A stretch of 64,000 nt of DNA from Daphnia carinata. Taxonomy: Eukaryota. The stretch spans positions 5,022,001-5,086,000 of the forward strand of contig NC_081332.1 in NCBI RefSeq assembly GCF_022539665.2, written 5' to 3'. Below the pieces are notes generated by a model. It was not told the DNA's origin. It saw only the letters and a program-made list of their open reading frames with translations, and searched no databases. The translations under genes and the position numbers were made by a program. This document shows positions 42,435 through 56,151 of this stretch, piece by piece (position 1 is the stretch's first letter; the number at the start of each line of letters is the position of its first letter).

Positions 42435-45400
42435 ATGGATTCGAAATCGTTGCCGCTGAGTCGACTCCAGTCGAATTTAACGTGCTCGATCTGCCAGGGC
42501 TACCTGATCGACGCCACGACCATCACTGAGTGCATGCACACCTGTGAGTACCTACACCGTTTCTTCCCCACTATAATTATCCGGCTATTATCTACGCATC
42601 ATTATGCAAAGCCATCATTCTCTGTCCCTCTGCCGGGTTTTTTTTTCTAAATTTTTCTTTTAAATTACAGTTTGCAAATCCTGTTTGCTGCAACGAGTCG
42701 AGAGTGGAAGGACGTTTTGCCCGCGGTGCGGGATTCAACTGCAACGGTCTCGTCTGGGCGAACAACTGAAGCTGGATCATGCCGTTCAAGCTTTGGTCTA
42801 CGCTGCCGTTCCCGGTTTGTGGCAAGAAGAACAGCGCAGGCGCAAGCACTTCGTCGATCATCATCCTTTGTGTACGTATTTATTTTATTTTTTTTTTTTA
42901 ATCTATTTTCGATCAAACTTTCCCTATTTTTTTTTTTTGAACGGTGATGAAGATGTACTTACATCGACTCTTCCTTCTTAACCCCCGTCAACTGTGGTTA
43001 CATGCCGACGTGATGGATGTTTTAAAACATGCACCCAACCGCGCCCACGTTAAAAATCCTCTCCCCCCTCCTTTTCTTGTTTCGCATCCAATGGATGTGC
43101 CTGTCGGAGTCTTTTTCTCCGATTTCTATGAGTTTGAAGAAAGAAAAAGAACGACGGGGGGTTGTCTCCCTTTCCCCCCCTTGAATCGACGCCCCTCTCT
43201 AGTTATGATTCATCGTTTTCGGGACTGTCAATCAACCTGAAAGTAGCGTGATCGGTTCGAATTTGACTAACGCATTTCCCTTGTTAATCGATATATTTCC
43301 AATGGTTGCACAAAGTACATACTTGTTTTTAAAAATGCAATCTCGTTATCAGAGTGGCGGTGTACCACTGGCTTAATGGGTTGCGCGTTCGGTACTCCCG
43401 CCATATCGGCACGAGACACGCTGCGCATGACAATTATGGGATCATTTCACAGTCGAACCGTCAAAGGCGGAAGAATTAACAAAAAAAAAGAGAACCCCTC
43501 CGAAAACCTGTTTATTTTCAATGTTATCACATGTTTTGCATGTCACTAAAAGAGATACATCCACAACGTGTCTTAAAACTTGATGGAATTTTTTTTATTA
43601 TAGCAACTTCGGTGGCCCCTCCGCTACAACACCCGACCTGCTTCTCGCCGTCTGACCCCATCTCCCTCTCGCTCGACTTCATACCTCAGTAAGTTTTCCC
43701 TTTTTTTTTTTTTTTTTTTTTTTTTTAAGGTTTCTCAGTTGTAAACCCATTTCTGGCCCAACAGGTCGCGCGAAGAGGATTCCAACCTTAACCTGAAAGG
43801 CCCTTGTTCACCTCAGGTATATATTACACAACTTGATGTGCTTTATTGAGGTCTGATTGGATTTCTTTTTTAAAACAGACGATTGGTAGGCGTTTCTTTC
43901 GCTGTCCGGCTGCTGTTGCTGTTCACCACTTTCAGAAGCTCCTCAGCCTAAAATTTGAACTTCCACCTCATTATACTGTAAGTGAATAAATTTAATTTTC
44001 TTAGGAAGAAAAGTCAATTGTATTCTTGCATGAAAATAGATTGAGATTCACTGCCAGGGAGAAAAATTAGCGTCTTCTTTCAGACTGATGGATGTCGCTT
44101 ACAAAACGGGTTGGACTCAGGTATGTGCCTTCTATGATTCTTTCGAATTTTTCAAACCGATCAATCAATGTCGGAGTTACTTGAAAGCTTACGGGGCTCC
44201 TGCGAATACTTTGCAACATTCCACACAGCCAATTTTCTTTTGTATTTAAATGCCTCACGTTTTCAATTAGGAGGAGCCACTGCGCTTAGAGTACAAAATT
44301 GTTAAAAATCCGGCTAGCAAAGCGACAGTGTTAATTTCCGGAAGCACTGCCGAACACGTCACTCAATCTAATCGGTGTCACAGTAGAACGTCGTCTACAG
44401 AATTCAGTGGCAAAACTACCACTGGTGTTAAACGTTCATCCGCACCTCCGCCATCTACTCCGGCCAAACAGCAGAAATTGTCTATATCCATCAAAAAGGC
44501 TGCGTTGCAAAATAATGCGGAAGAAGTTGTCCATCGTTCGCCTATGAAATCGCCCCAAGAACACGTCAACAAGAAAAAGAGCGGCCGGAAGAAGCGGAAA
44601 AGACGGAAAACGATGGATTTAATTCCGATCATGGAACCCATGTACCCACTCAAAGTTAAAATAGTTGAAAGAATGAAATCACCCGAGTATTCGTGGCCCC
44701 GACCTAACGGCGTCGAACTTCTCGTTCAAGCGGCGGAATTGGCATCGCGTCAGAATCCCACTCCGCCGCCGGAATCTGAAAAAACGGATGCACCCAATAG
44801 TCCGCCTCCATTGCTTCCGATATGCAATAGTGATACGGTGAATAACAATAGCAAACCAACGTGTCTCGAGAAAGAAATTGCGAAAGAAGATACTCCGCAA
44901 TTGACCGGAATGGCGGAAGATGATTTGGAAGAAGACGACAAGTTGTTGATGGTCGACGAAACGAATTTGAACAGCAGCAATGGAAGAGATTCCGGAATGG
45001 CTAATGATGATGAAGAGGATGATTCGGCTGGAGCGTTGGATCTTTCGGCTAAATCATCGCGGTATTCTCCTCCAGATGAATCAAGTAGCAAAACGCAAAG
45101 CAAATCCGTTTCGCCTCCGTTCATCCAGCAGCGATCCACCGCGCTTCATTCGATCACTGACAGCTTAGCTGAAAGGCAACAACGCATCCAGCAACAGCAA
45201 CGCCGTTTACCTACCCATCATCCGGAAGCCATGAGGAATTTGGTAACGTTGTCTCAGACGGCCGCGTTAGTTCCGCCGCATCCGCAGCAAGTAGCCACTC
45301 AGCGGCTCATTGTAGCGTCGTATATGCATCAGTTCGCGGCTGCTGCGGCCGCTAGAGCCGCATCCGCACCGCTACGCCCTCCTAAACCCCCTCAACCGAG

Positions 45401-45440
45401 TAAGTCCCTAACCCACGGGTTGTTACGGCGTCCATTCTGA
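42435..45440 (+). CDS. Polycomb group RING finger protein (Psc/Su(z)2/BMI1 family), paralog B
   Basis: [35 protein letters not shown], then DHAVQALVYAAVPGL. RAWUL exons near 43604-43688, 43765-43816, 43879-43977 (RRFFRCPAAVAVHHFQK) and 44040-44120 (LMDVAY..W). Terminal exon from ~44270 (EEPLRLEYKI) with basic NLS KKKSGRKKRKRRK and GALDLS. Confidence 0.9.
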
Positions 45441-47309
45441 TTTGCTCTCCTATGTAACTCACTCGCCAGTGCATAATTTCTATTTTTGCGTCATCTTATA
45501 TAGCCTATTTGAAACAGTTTCATGTCCTCCATTTTTGTTTTCTTGTCAGAGTGCGTTGTTAGGTTTATTTCTTAATTTATAAACAAGCCGCTGTATAAAA
45601 GTGCTATAGAGAGTTATGGTTCAAAGTGTGATGGAATTCTTTTTTTGGCTTAGTTTTGTCGGAGGTTGTTGTTGTCTCTGTCCACTATGACGTAACGTTT
45701 ATGCGTTTTCCTCCTACAAGAAAGCTTTTTTGATGATCCTATTTTTCTGTTTCTTGTTTATTATTTTTTTTACGTGTTTTTGTTTTTGTATGGAAGAGTA
45801 TGCTAATACCAAAAAATGTTGCAAAATAAATGGTTATGACGTCATCGTGTTTCTTTGTGCGCGTTCTCAATCGATCATTATGACACGGTGCGCTGTGATT
45901 GGCCGAAGGGCGGAGTCAGAGCCGCTTTCCTGTGGGCCGGGCCAAAAGGAAGTATCCAATCGGGAAAATGGGGTCGCCAAGCAGAAGTCTCTTTGCCTAG
46001 TTTGTGGAAACATTCCAAAAAAGAATTCGCGTATTTCAAAATTTGTACAATAGGTTGCTTGAAGAGGCAGTGGAATCAAGGTAGTTCTTATTCATTTTCA
46101 AAAGATGAGCAATCAAGTCTTCAATTGTTCTACCCTTGTACGTCTTGTGTGGGATCTTGATCGAAAAAAAGTGAGTCATGGATACTTGATATTTTGTGGT
46201 AAAGAATCAGCATCGTCGTTTGTAACTCGATTTCCTCTCAAGAATGGCTGGGTAAGTCACAAATTGAGACCATTGTTGCATAATGGATACACGTCCCGTG
46301 AAGGGTGTACCATTCAGATCGGATAATTGAATCAACGTTTAGAATGAGTTTGTTTTTATGGTCAGACATAGAGAACGAAGGGCGAGAATTTTTGGTTTTC
46401 GTATATCGAGAATGGAAAGCGTAGTGCATATCGAGAGGGGGTTTCTATGGTTACCATAGATGCTCAATACGCCTGTTCTTGCCATCAGTGGTTTGGAATG
46501 TTCGAAGCGCGCGGAGATTATTATTCCAAAGCGCCATTGTACTGCCATCTAGTGACTGATTTAGGTATAAAAATATCAAATAAAAATGATATGGACTGAC
46601 AACTGAAATAAATTTGAGTGACATTTTTATCTCGTTTAATCGATTAGTTTATTTTGACAGTACACAAAAACAGTTACCGCTGTTCAAAATACCGCTTAAA
46701 TTGTTTAAACACATTGTATAGATTTTCAAAAAGGAAACTGCGTTTCAATACATTAAAATATGCATAAACAGCTTCGAATAGTTTAAAAACGTTAGAGAAT
46801 AAAATTTTTTTTTATTGCTACCGGTTTTATGTACGAAAACAAAATATGAATTTTACTTTTAGTCGTACTTCATTATAATACCTAAACAGTATAATTGGCG
46901 CTCCTAGCGACGGAGTAAAAATATGAAATAGTGTGATTGATAGCTGTTATTAGACGCAGAATTTAACTCGCAAGATTATAAATGACCCAGTATGGAATAT
47001 TTCTGATGTATTTCCTTATGTGAACTAACTGTGGATTTCTAAAGGAGATATTTGCATTCTCGGACCAGTCACCGGTGGCGCTGCCTTATCGTCGCAACTT
47101 TGAAAATATTCGCACTTATCAAGGGCCTGGAAAAACAATAAAACAACTACAACAGAGCTTCAAGGGGAGGGAAAAAACAAACAAAACAGGTTTTGGGGAT
47201 CGACTTTTAATTTGACTCCTTCAAGGTTACCGTTAGGCCACTGTCACTGGTTTTATAAATGTGAAAATAACCGGTTTTAAGGTCAGTGCGTAAGCCCAAA
47301 GAGGATGAC

Positions 47310-50300
47310 ATGAGAATGTCGATTGTCGTGAAAATTATCGGTTCCACTCCCGGTATTATTCCAATTAACGATGGATTGTCGTTCGAAGATGTTTGCACAC
47401 AATGCTGTCGCGATTTGGAAATCAAGCCTGCGTCACGATACCTTTTTGCACTAAGAAACGAGACCACGAAACTATATGTAAACCCATCAGACCTTCTGGA
47501 AGCTGGGGAGCTTGGAAATGGTTCATATGAACTCAGACTGCGATTTTGGCCTTCACTTACGAACCTTTCAAAAATTGGCACCAAAGCTCTCAACTACTTT
47601 TATCGGCAAGTTTGTGAAGAGTTTGTCGATGGCCAGGTTACAGCATTCAACAACAAAGCAAACCAAAGTGTTGCTTTGGGTTTAGCTGTGACAGCTATGT
47701 ATTGCCACATGAAGGACTATGGTGGTAAAATGAGTGAAGTCTTAGCAAATTACAAAAAGTTTGTCCCGAAGATGGTAAGACGCAATTCAAACCTCAAATA
47801 TAGCACCGAATCCCTGAAAGCACGATTGAATCAAGTGGTTCTGAATCCACCTGGTGAAACCTGGTTCTTCAAGCAAGAATTCCTGAAAACTGTTGCGCAA
47901 ACAGCCACTGATTATTTAGTTGAAAAATATCCTGTTAAAGTGGAGGAGGGTGAAGAATTGATTGAATTTGACCTCATAATTCAACCTATGGGCAGTGAAC
48001 ATTCAGGAGTGAAGATGCAGTCAGTAAAAAAAAAAATTGTAAGAATCCTTGGTTCTCTTAAAGTCAATTTCAATGTAGTTCAATAAATAATTATATTATT
48101 TTATAGCCCAGTCAATATGTTTGTTCCATTGAGGAGATATGCTTTGTCTCCATCAGGAAAAGCGATAACCGTATGGAAATATCGCGAATCAATGGTGTAC
48201 CTCAGTATATTCTAATGGAGAGTGAAGAGTCGATGAAGAGTTGTGTTGGTGCCTTGAACGGCTATTATCGCCTTATGGAGAAATGGACCTTTGATTTGTG
48301 CGGTGAATTGGTTACACCGTCTCTTGTCAGATTACGAAGCCTCAAGTGTCATGGTCCTGTCGGGTATATCGCATGCAGATAAAATAGATTTTCTAGTGTA
48401 CTATTTACTAAAATTCATTGAAATTTAGGGATTCATTTGCTTATGATAAACTACGAGTCAAACGTCAAAACAAGCAAGGATCTTACTTGTTGCGGTCTGT
48501 AATTTCTTTATTTGCTCTTAGACAACTTGATTATTCATTGTTTTCATTTTAATTAGTGAAAGTCATCTCAGCTATGATGAACTTTTTTTGGATGTTTGCC
48601 TGGAGGATGGACAACCGGCAACAACATTTTCAATCGTTAAATCAGCGGATGGTGCGTGGACGTTTGCTGGACTAGAATGCCAGCCATGCAACAACGTGCG
48701 CGAATTACTAGCAGTTCAGGGCAACGAGAAACGACTAGGAATTTCTGGATTTGATCTGAAAGAATGCCTGCCGTCGTCGGAAAACGGTAGTAGCAGATTA
48801 GTACTTGTTTGTTATCGAATTTTTGTTTTGAAATTCTTACTATTTTTATAATAGACGTCTCGGAACTTTTGCTCTGTCGCCATAAACCCATCGAATTTGA
48901 AATGTCGCTCAGCCAAAGTGCATTTTCGCAGTTACCTGTTTGCATTCCAACTCAGTCTATCCAGCTGTACGTAGGTGCTGGATTCCAGTGTCAGTTTGAC
49001 GGCCGTTTTACCACTGTTTATCGGGGAGTATGGCGACGAACAGCAGACGAACAAATCCAAATCGTTCACAAACTTCTTAGGGCTGAGTACCGACAATCCC
49101 ATTATCAAGTAAGTATTTTCCTGTTGCTTTTTTATGGACTTTGTTCCGCTTTCATTAATTATTCTCCAATGTTTCAAGGCATTCCTTGAATCGGTACAAA
49201 AATCGTTGTTTTGGCGTTCTGAAACTATTGTTCATGTCTTCGGTATCGTCTTGGATGTTAATTTGAGAGTCATTATGGAGTATCTACCTCACGGCCCACT
49301 AGACAAGTATTTGCGAGAACACGACTTGCCTATAATTGATCTTGTGGAAGCTGCGACCAATCTTGCCAAGGCCTTATTTTACCTGGTGTGGATTATCATC
49401 ATCTCTACTTTTCCAAGAAGTTTTTATTTAAGTTTCTCTCATTGTGTAGGAAGAGAAAGGTTTTGTTCACGGTAAAGTCCGCTGCAGAAATTTGATGTTA
49501 GCCTCGCATACCTCCAATTCTATCCGAGTAAAGCTGGCAGATCCTGGAATACTGTCCTACTCCGATGACGAGTATAGAGCACTTTAGACGAAATCTTTTA
49601 TTTAATATTTCAATCGGCCCTATCTTCAATGTTAGGTTACCTTGGATACCGATCGAGTTGTATGATTCATTAGAGTTGGTGCATCGTAGGAGCACTGCTG
49701 ATATATGGGCTTGTGGAACGTGCATGTGGGAAATATTTTCACACGGAGAGAAACCGTGCCTCGGATTCAGCAAGACCAAAATTATTCAGGTATTGTATTG
49801 TGTAAAAAATGTATTTTACTTGAACTTCTTATTCACTTGATCTATTTTATTATCTTAAGGGTTTCTTGAGTGGATGGAGGCCTCCAAGACCTGAGAAGTG
49901 CTTGGGCGAAGTTTATCATATAATGATTGGAACTTGGTATCCGGACGTTTCCCTCAGGCCAAAAGCTCAATCTGTTATGCGAGATATAAACCAGATTCTT
50001 TATGAAGGTACGGACAATTTTAAAAATAACTTATGCTTGGTGGTAACTTATTTGCACTGTTTAGTCTACAACTCGAGGCGTAGTAATGTATACGAACTGG
50101 TTAATGATCAGCGTTCGCTGAATGGAAGTTTGGCATCTGGATTAACGGAAGCCACGAGTACGTTTCCTAAGATGTGCTTAATTTTGTTTTTACTTATAGT
50201 TTTTTTTTCTTTATTTAGCGCTCAGAGCCCTCTCCGAAAACCATGATACAATTTCGTTTGACTCGCAGTTTGACGACAACACATTTCAGGTATTTCATTT

Positions 50301-51569
50301 GTCCGGTCGTAAAATGAAGCTAATTATTTATCCTCACGATTTACTCTAATAGAATCCCCACGCTTCCATGAATTTTCTACTTTCAACTATGGCATTAAAC
50401 GGTGGCTCGTCATTGCAATTTGATGATGAAGGCACATCGGAGTTGGCTGCTGAAATTTACGAATTAGAGCGTAAAAAGTTAGAAGTGGGCCGACTGCTCG
50501 GCCAGGTAAATTCAATTTCAAAATACGTCTAGTTTGAAGTGCATTAACGCCTCCGCGCTATTTCAAAGGGCAATTACGGTGAAGTGCGTATCGGAGTAAT
50601 ACGCCACAGCGATGGCACGGAAGAAACCGTCGCCGTCAAGAAGCTCAAGAGCACAGCAATGAATAATCCGGAGAGTGTTGATCTCCAACGTGAATGCGCG
50701 ATCATGAAGGTAGCCTTTCAGCATAACCTTGCACGATTTTCACTGATTATCATTTTTAGGTATCGGTTATTATTATTGGAATTTTTATTTATAGAGCCTA
50801 CATCATCCAAACATTGTAGAAATCAAAGCCATTGTCACTGAACCGTCTACGTTATTAGTTATGGAATATTTTCCAATGGGCTGTCTGATGGCTTATTTGC
50901 ATACTGAAAAGGAAAGTATTACGGACCAGCAGCTAATCAAATTTGCAACAGACGTGGCTGAGGTTTGCATCTTTCCAAGGCATTTTTGACGATTAGTTGA
51001 TTGTAACAATTTTTTAGGGTATGGCATATCTTGGTGAGAACAACATTGTCCATCGTGATCTCGCTGCTCGCAATATTCTCGTAGCTGCTGTCGATTTGGT
51101 AAAGATTTCCGATTTCGGTTTGGCTCGCCAAGTCGGCTATAATGGCTATTACGCCGTTCGTGATCGGGGTCAAAAATTGCCTATGCCTTGGTAAAAAAAA
51201 AAAGAAAACAAAAACTAATTTATAGAAATAATGCTTGATTTCTATGAAAATTCATGTTTGTTTCCATTTCTCAGGTACGCGCCGGAAAGTTTAGCTTATG
51301 GGAAATTTTCCGTCCAGTCAGACGTATGGTCGTTCGGTGTCACGCTCTATGAAATGTTTAGCAGGGGCCTGGAGCCTAATTTTGTCAGCGGTGACCAAAC
51401 TTTGTTGTTGAGAGCCTTACAGCAGGGGCGTCGTTTACCTTGTCCTCCGGGCTGTAATCCACTGATCTATCGTGACTTAATGAAACCGTGTTGGGATGCA
51501 GAAGCTTCTCAGCGGCCATCTTTTAAAACATTGCTTGACAAATTACGCTACGTGGCGAATCAGCTGTGA
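47310..51569 (+). CDS. hop: Janus kinase (JAK/hopscotch ortholog): FERM-SH2-pseudokinase-tyrosine kinase
   Basis: FERM ([30 protein letters not shown]); SH2-like GSYLLRES; pseudokinase [23 protein letters not shown]; kinase [30 protein letters not shown] with tandem YY in the activation loop, [13 protein letters not shown]. The start codon could lie in an upstream exon. Confidence 0.93.
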
Positions 51570-54500
51570 TATTTTTATCAATCGCCTTTATCACCGCCTG
51601 TTTGCAAACCTACAAATAAGCCAAGAAGTCAGAGGCTATCTCCGTCATTGATCGATGTTTTTACCTCAACCAAATGGCCATTCTTTTTTTAACTTTCATA
51701 TCTACCGAAATTTCCAATAACGATATGCTACTATAAAAATAACTTACTAAAAGAAAGTCATTCCACTTTGGTTTTCTATAAAAACTTAATTCCTTTCTTC
51801 TTACAGATTTATTTTTGTTTCTAATAGACAATATAGTTGCTATTTCATTTACAGGGTATGATTGTATCGCATATCGTTTCCCGTGTGGGGCGTATATTGT
51901 CTGGCACAGTCTACATGTTCATTTGTTATTATTGATTCCGAAGACTTTGTTTTGTTTTCATGTTGATTCTGCATTGAATACATATTTGCTATCAAATTTA
52001 AAATTGGGTTCTCCTCCTGAGCCCGGATTAAATGTGATCTACGGTTTTGTACCACCAGCCCTAATATTACTTTCCAGAATGAACTTATCAAAAATTCTCT
52101 GGCGGCCAGGAAACCGGTATCACGTAACACAAGACTTGCAGCTACAGGCTATTGCTTTGATCAACTTCCTACGTCTAGACATCATGGAGAGCATCAATTA
52201 CAACCCCAAAAAAAAATTCCCAGCAGAAAGAAGTCTCCTCCAAGGAACAAGAGTCTCAACCGAAAATATACAAAGAGGAAGTAGGGTGTGATTTACACGT
52301 TAATGCACTAGCTGGCAGAGTTTTACATTTGTCAGAAAGAGAGGAAGCGTATTTCACCATTTCCCAGAAAAAAAGAAACTGAGTGAAACTATGATGAAAT
52401 AACAAAGGACAACCTAACAACATTCAAGACAACTTTATGTGTTGATTTCTAAAGCTGCGTCATCTTTTGCATCGTAACATTGCGTAAGACTAAATAATTC
52501 CCCGTTGCAAGTGATGACGCATGAAGCAGTGACGAAGGCCAAATGGACACACCGGCATCCGTGGTATTAGTAGCTCCATACTAAAAAGAACCACGTGCTG
52601 CCACTTAAAAGAATATTGAGACCGTGCGTTAAACATGAGAATCAACTGGAATTGAAGAAATGTAATCGAAACGCGTTGAAACCTTCGACTAAATAAGATA
52701 TTGGAGCTTTCAAGGGCGTCGGTGACTCTTGCTTGCTCCCCACTGCGTCTTCAATCGTCGGTGAACAGCACTATCAGTTTGGGTAATTGCCTTTGACACA
52801 TTTGTGCCGCATACCGTGAATTTTCAATGATTATTACCAGTTTCCTTGGCCTTTTATTACGGTTCAGTACTGTGGTTGCATGACCCAGTTAAACACAGAG
52901 GTGTCAGTTGACATAATGAGTTGTGTAGCAGACGACTTCCGGAGTTTCTTTTCCAAGTGTCGGAGAGCTGTAGAACAGCGTATGAAGTTCACAAGCTATT
53001 CAACAATCTTAAATTCTACAACAACTATTCCCAAATGCAACAGTTAATTCCTATATAACGACGTTTTGGCAAGCCTGTATCTGCACATCATTCAACCAGC
53101 ACAACATTGTTTTTCAAAACTAAAACACGCCTACGTCCACGGCTGAATACGGTGCTCATGTAACTAGACTGAAAACTGATCCACTTAGGGTACTTGAGGT
53201 AACCATGTAAATGAATAGGTTTTCGTCCACATTCTTAGGTGCAATTTATCGATTAGCGGATCAATTTGTTATTCGTCTGTGCATGTAATTTATTCTTTGG
53301 CCCTGTCTGGACGTCTGGTTTTTTAGCTACACATGACGAGCGAAGACAAAACGAAAAAGAAAAGTAGAACAACGATGACTCAAATATGGACGATGCAGAC
53401 GTTCTTTGATGCGCCATCCAGGCGATCAATGGTACGTAAATCGATCTTAGGGATATCCGATATCGAGAGCTATTTCTGTTATTGCTACTAACAACCTTGA
53501 TCCTACACATATAAACGCCCCTCACTAGTTTAAAAATGGAAAACATCCAATTAATCAATACACGAATTTTTTTGAATTTTAATAGCGTCAGCGGCATGTC
53601 AACTTCAGATGACCAACGAGTGATGGTGAGTCACGAGATGATGTCAAGAGGCACCGGATGTGCATGGATTTACTAACAGGCCATGGACCATTTTTGTATC
53701 TCCACTCACGCACACAGGCAAGGCACGCGGTTTCCTTTTTCCCCTTGTTTCCTCTGTTCGCGTGTATTGGATTAAACAAAAATCCGGTAGCGTCAGTGGC
53801 CATGAGCCCGCATCCAGCCACATCCGCATGTTTAACTTGCATTAGATATTGTTATCGATTTTTCAGTTCATTTTCCTCTGTTAGCTCCCTCCTTTTGCTT
53901 CCCTTTTTTGTTTTACTAACATGTAGCATAACATATCCCATCAGTATGAGATAATTGTTATTCAGTCCGTAGCGGTGAACAGGGCGTCTTCAACATTCCT
54001 AGTGGCACGTCTGGTGAGACTCATCTTTTCCTCGTTCCTTACTAGTATACACCGCCACGACACGGTGGTGCCCGTTTTTGCTTTTTTCAAACATGCAGCC
54101 AAGCGTTACTCTTCCTCGCATTTACACTCTCGCTGCGTGCTGGTTCCTAATCAAACTGAGAACAGTTAAGAACAACCTGTGGCGTCCTTCCAATGGGTCA
54201 GTTTTTCATCCTCACGCTCCTTGTTTAGCTCATTTGTTATGTTTCTCTTTCCGGTGAATGCCTGTTTTCTACGTGTTAGACTCAGTAGCTCGTTTCAAAT
54301 GGTTCGTAATGCATGTCAGCGTGAGTGATTCCCATCTACAATGGGTTTTTTTGCCCACTTACTTACGTGAATAGATGGCGTTCTTTTTAGTATAAAAGTG
54401 GGCGTTAGATGTCGCTCGCGTCGCTGGTAAGAAAATGCTATTTGAGTGGGCGCCATAACTGTGATGCACGGCATTATTTGTCGTCTGTTTTCCATGGCTA

Positions 54501-56151
54501 GAAGCTAATGTGTACGTGAGCTGAGGGGGAATCTAATTATTTTCCGGACCGTGCTAGATTGACGTTTGATTTCTTGTTCTTAATTGTTTTCTCGGCAATC
54601 TTTTCCATTCGAAAATGGAATAGCTGAAAATCTGCCAACTCTTGGTGTTCTCAGGTGAGCCTTCGTATCTTCTTAACTGTGAGCAACCTGTCAAGAATGG
54701 AATTTCACTGGATTATCATTTCTGTGTGTGCTGTGTTGTGTTAGGATGTAAATGATGTCGACTGTTCTAGAGCAAGCAGAAAAAAGTGCCTGAAATCTGA
54801 ACTTGTTGTATTCCACCTCCTCGTATTCTAAAACTAGCGGTGATTCAAAATAGTCTCCTGCGTCATAGCCTTTTCACGTAGTAGTAGTTGTAACACTAGT
54901 TTGGACTTCCCATGTAGCAACTCACCTGCTCGAGGGGATTGACGGTGAATCTTCTCTCCTCGTCCTTTAGTAGTAAAACCCTTTTTTCGAAACGTACGAA
55001 CTATTGATTTATTGTCAAGACAAGGGCGTCAACTCAAACCCCATCCAGTGTCCACTTTATTGGCAGTAGCGGACAGCACTAATAGTAAAATTATCTTAAG
55101 AGATAGTTCAGCGATAAAATCCACTAACAGTTTGTGTTTTGTCTATCGTATTGAAGAAAGAAAAGCAAAATACCGCCCTCCAATAATCACTTGACGAAAA
55201 CCCTCGACATCATAATAGGGTCCATCCGGTAGGCTTTCGGTAGATATTAAAGATTCAAAAAAAAAAAAGAATAATAACTGAATAGGTAAACAAACTACTT
55301 CGTAGTAAAAGCCGCCGTTCATTGGGTTTGTATGCATGTGAATGGGAAACCGGTTTTCTCTTTGGCATTTTCGGTTAAAGTATGTCGCAAATCGCCAGAG
55401 GATAGGACAAGTACTCCAAAAGTGTGTTGCAACAACTGGCCGTAGCCCTCCTCTTTTTCTTTTTAAGAATTTCCATAGTTTTGACGTTTCAGCATTTCTC
55501 AGTAGGCGATTCGACGTCGATGGGAACAGTCTGTTCGTCCTCCCAAATCTAGCGTAGTGCCGTTCCAGCACAGCTGTCAGTGGGCAACTGGTTGGAAGTC
55601 CTATCGATTTGTTGGTTGGCCGACTAGACGTAGTAAAAATATTAACACCACTGCCTTTCTCAGACCCATCCTACTACGAACGCGTGCCGTGGGGCAGTGA
55701 TACGCAAGCGTCCTTGAGCCCGGTACACCTGTACTCACGAACGGTCAGCTAGTGTGCCGACGACTATGGCACATTACTGAGAAAAGAGAGTTTCTGACAC
55801 AAATTCCTCCAGTTCGTGTTTGGTTGCAAAAGTCTCGCCACATGCCTCCAAACGAGAGAAACACGAATACTTTTGTTTGCTTTGCCTGACTTAAGACTAT
55901 CTAGCGGGCATAGAGGATAGTCGCTTATCTGTTTCATGTCTCGTATTAAGTGATTGTGCTATCAAAAAATGGATTGTTCTCATCGACGTAGATCATCAAG
56001 CGCAGGCACTGTTGTTGATAACAATCGGTACAGTTGCGTCGTATTTGTGCGCCTCTTACCATTTTATTTCTTAGACGTGCATGTCGTAAAAGCGTATCAG
56101 TTTTCCTTGTCCGATTTTAACACGAATCTTGTTGTCGCTGTTTTGCGCAGG

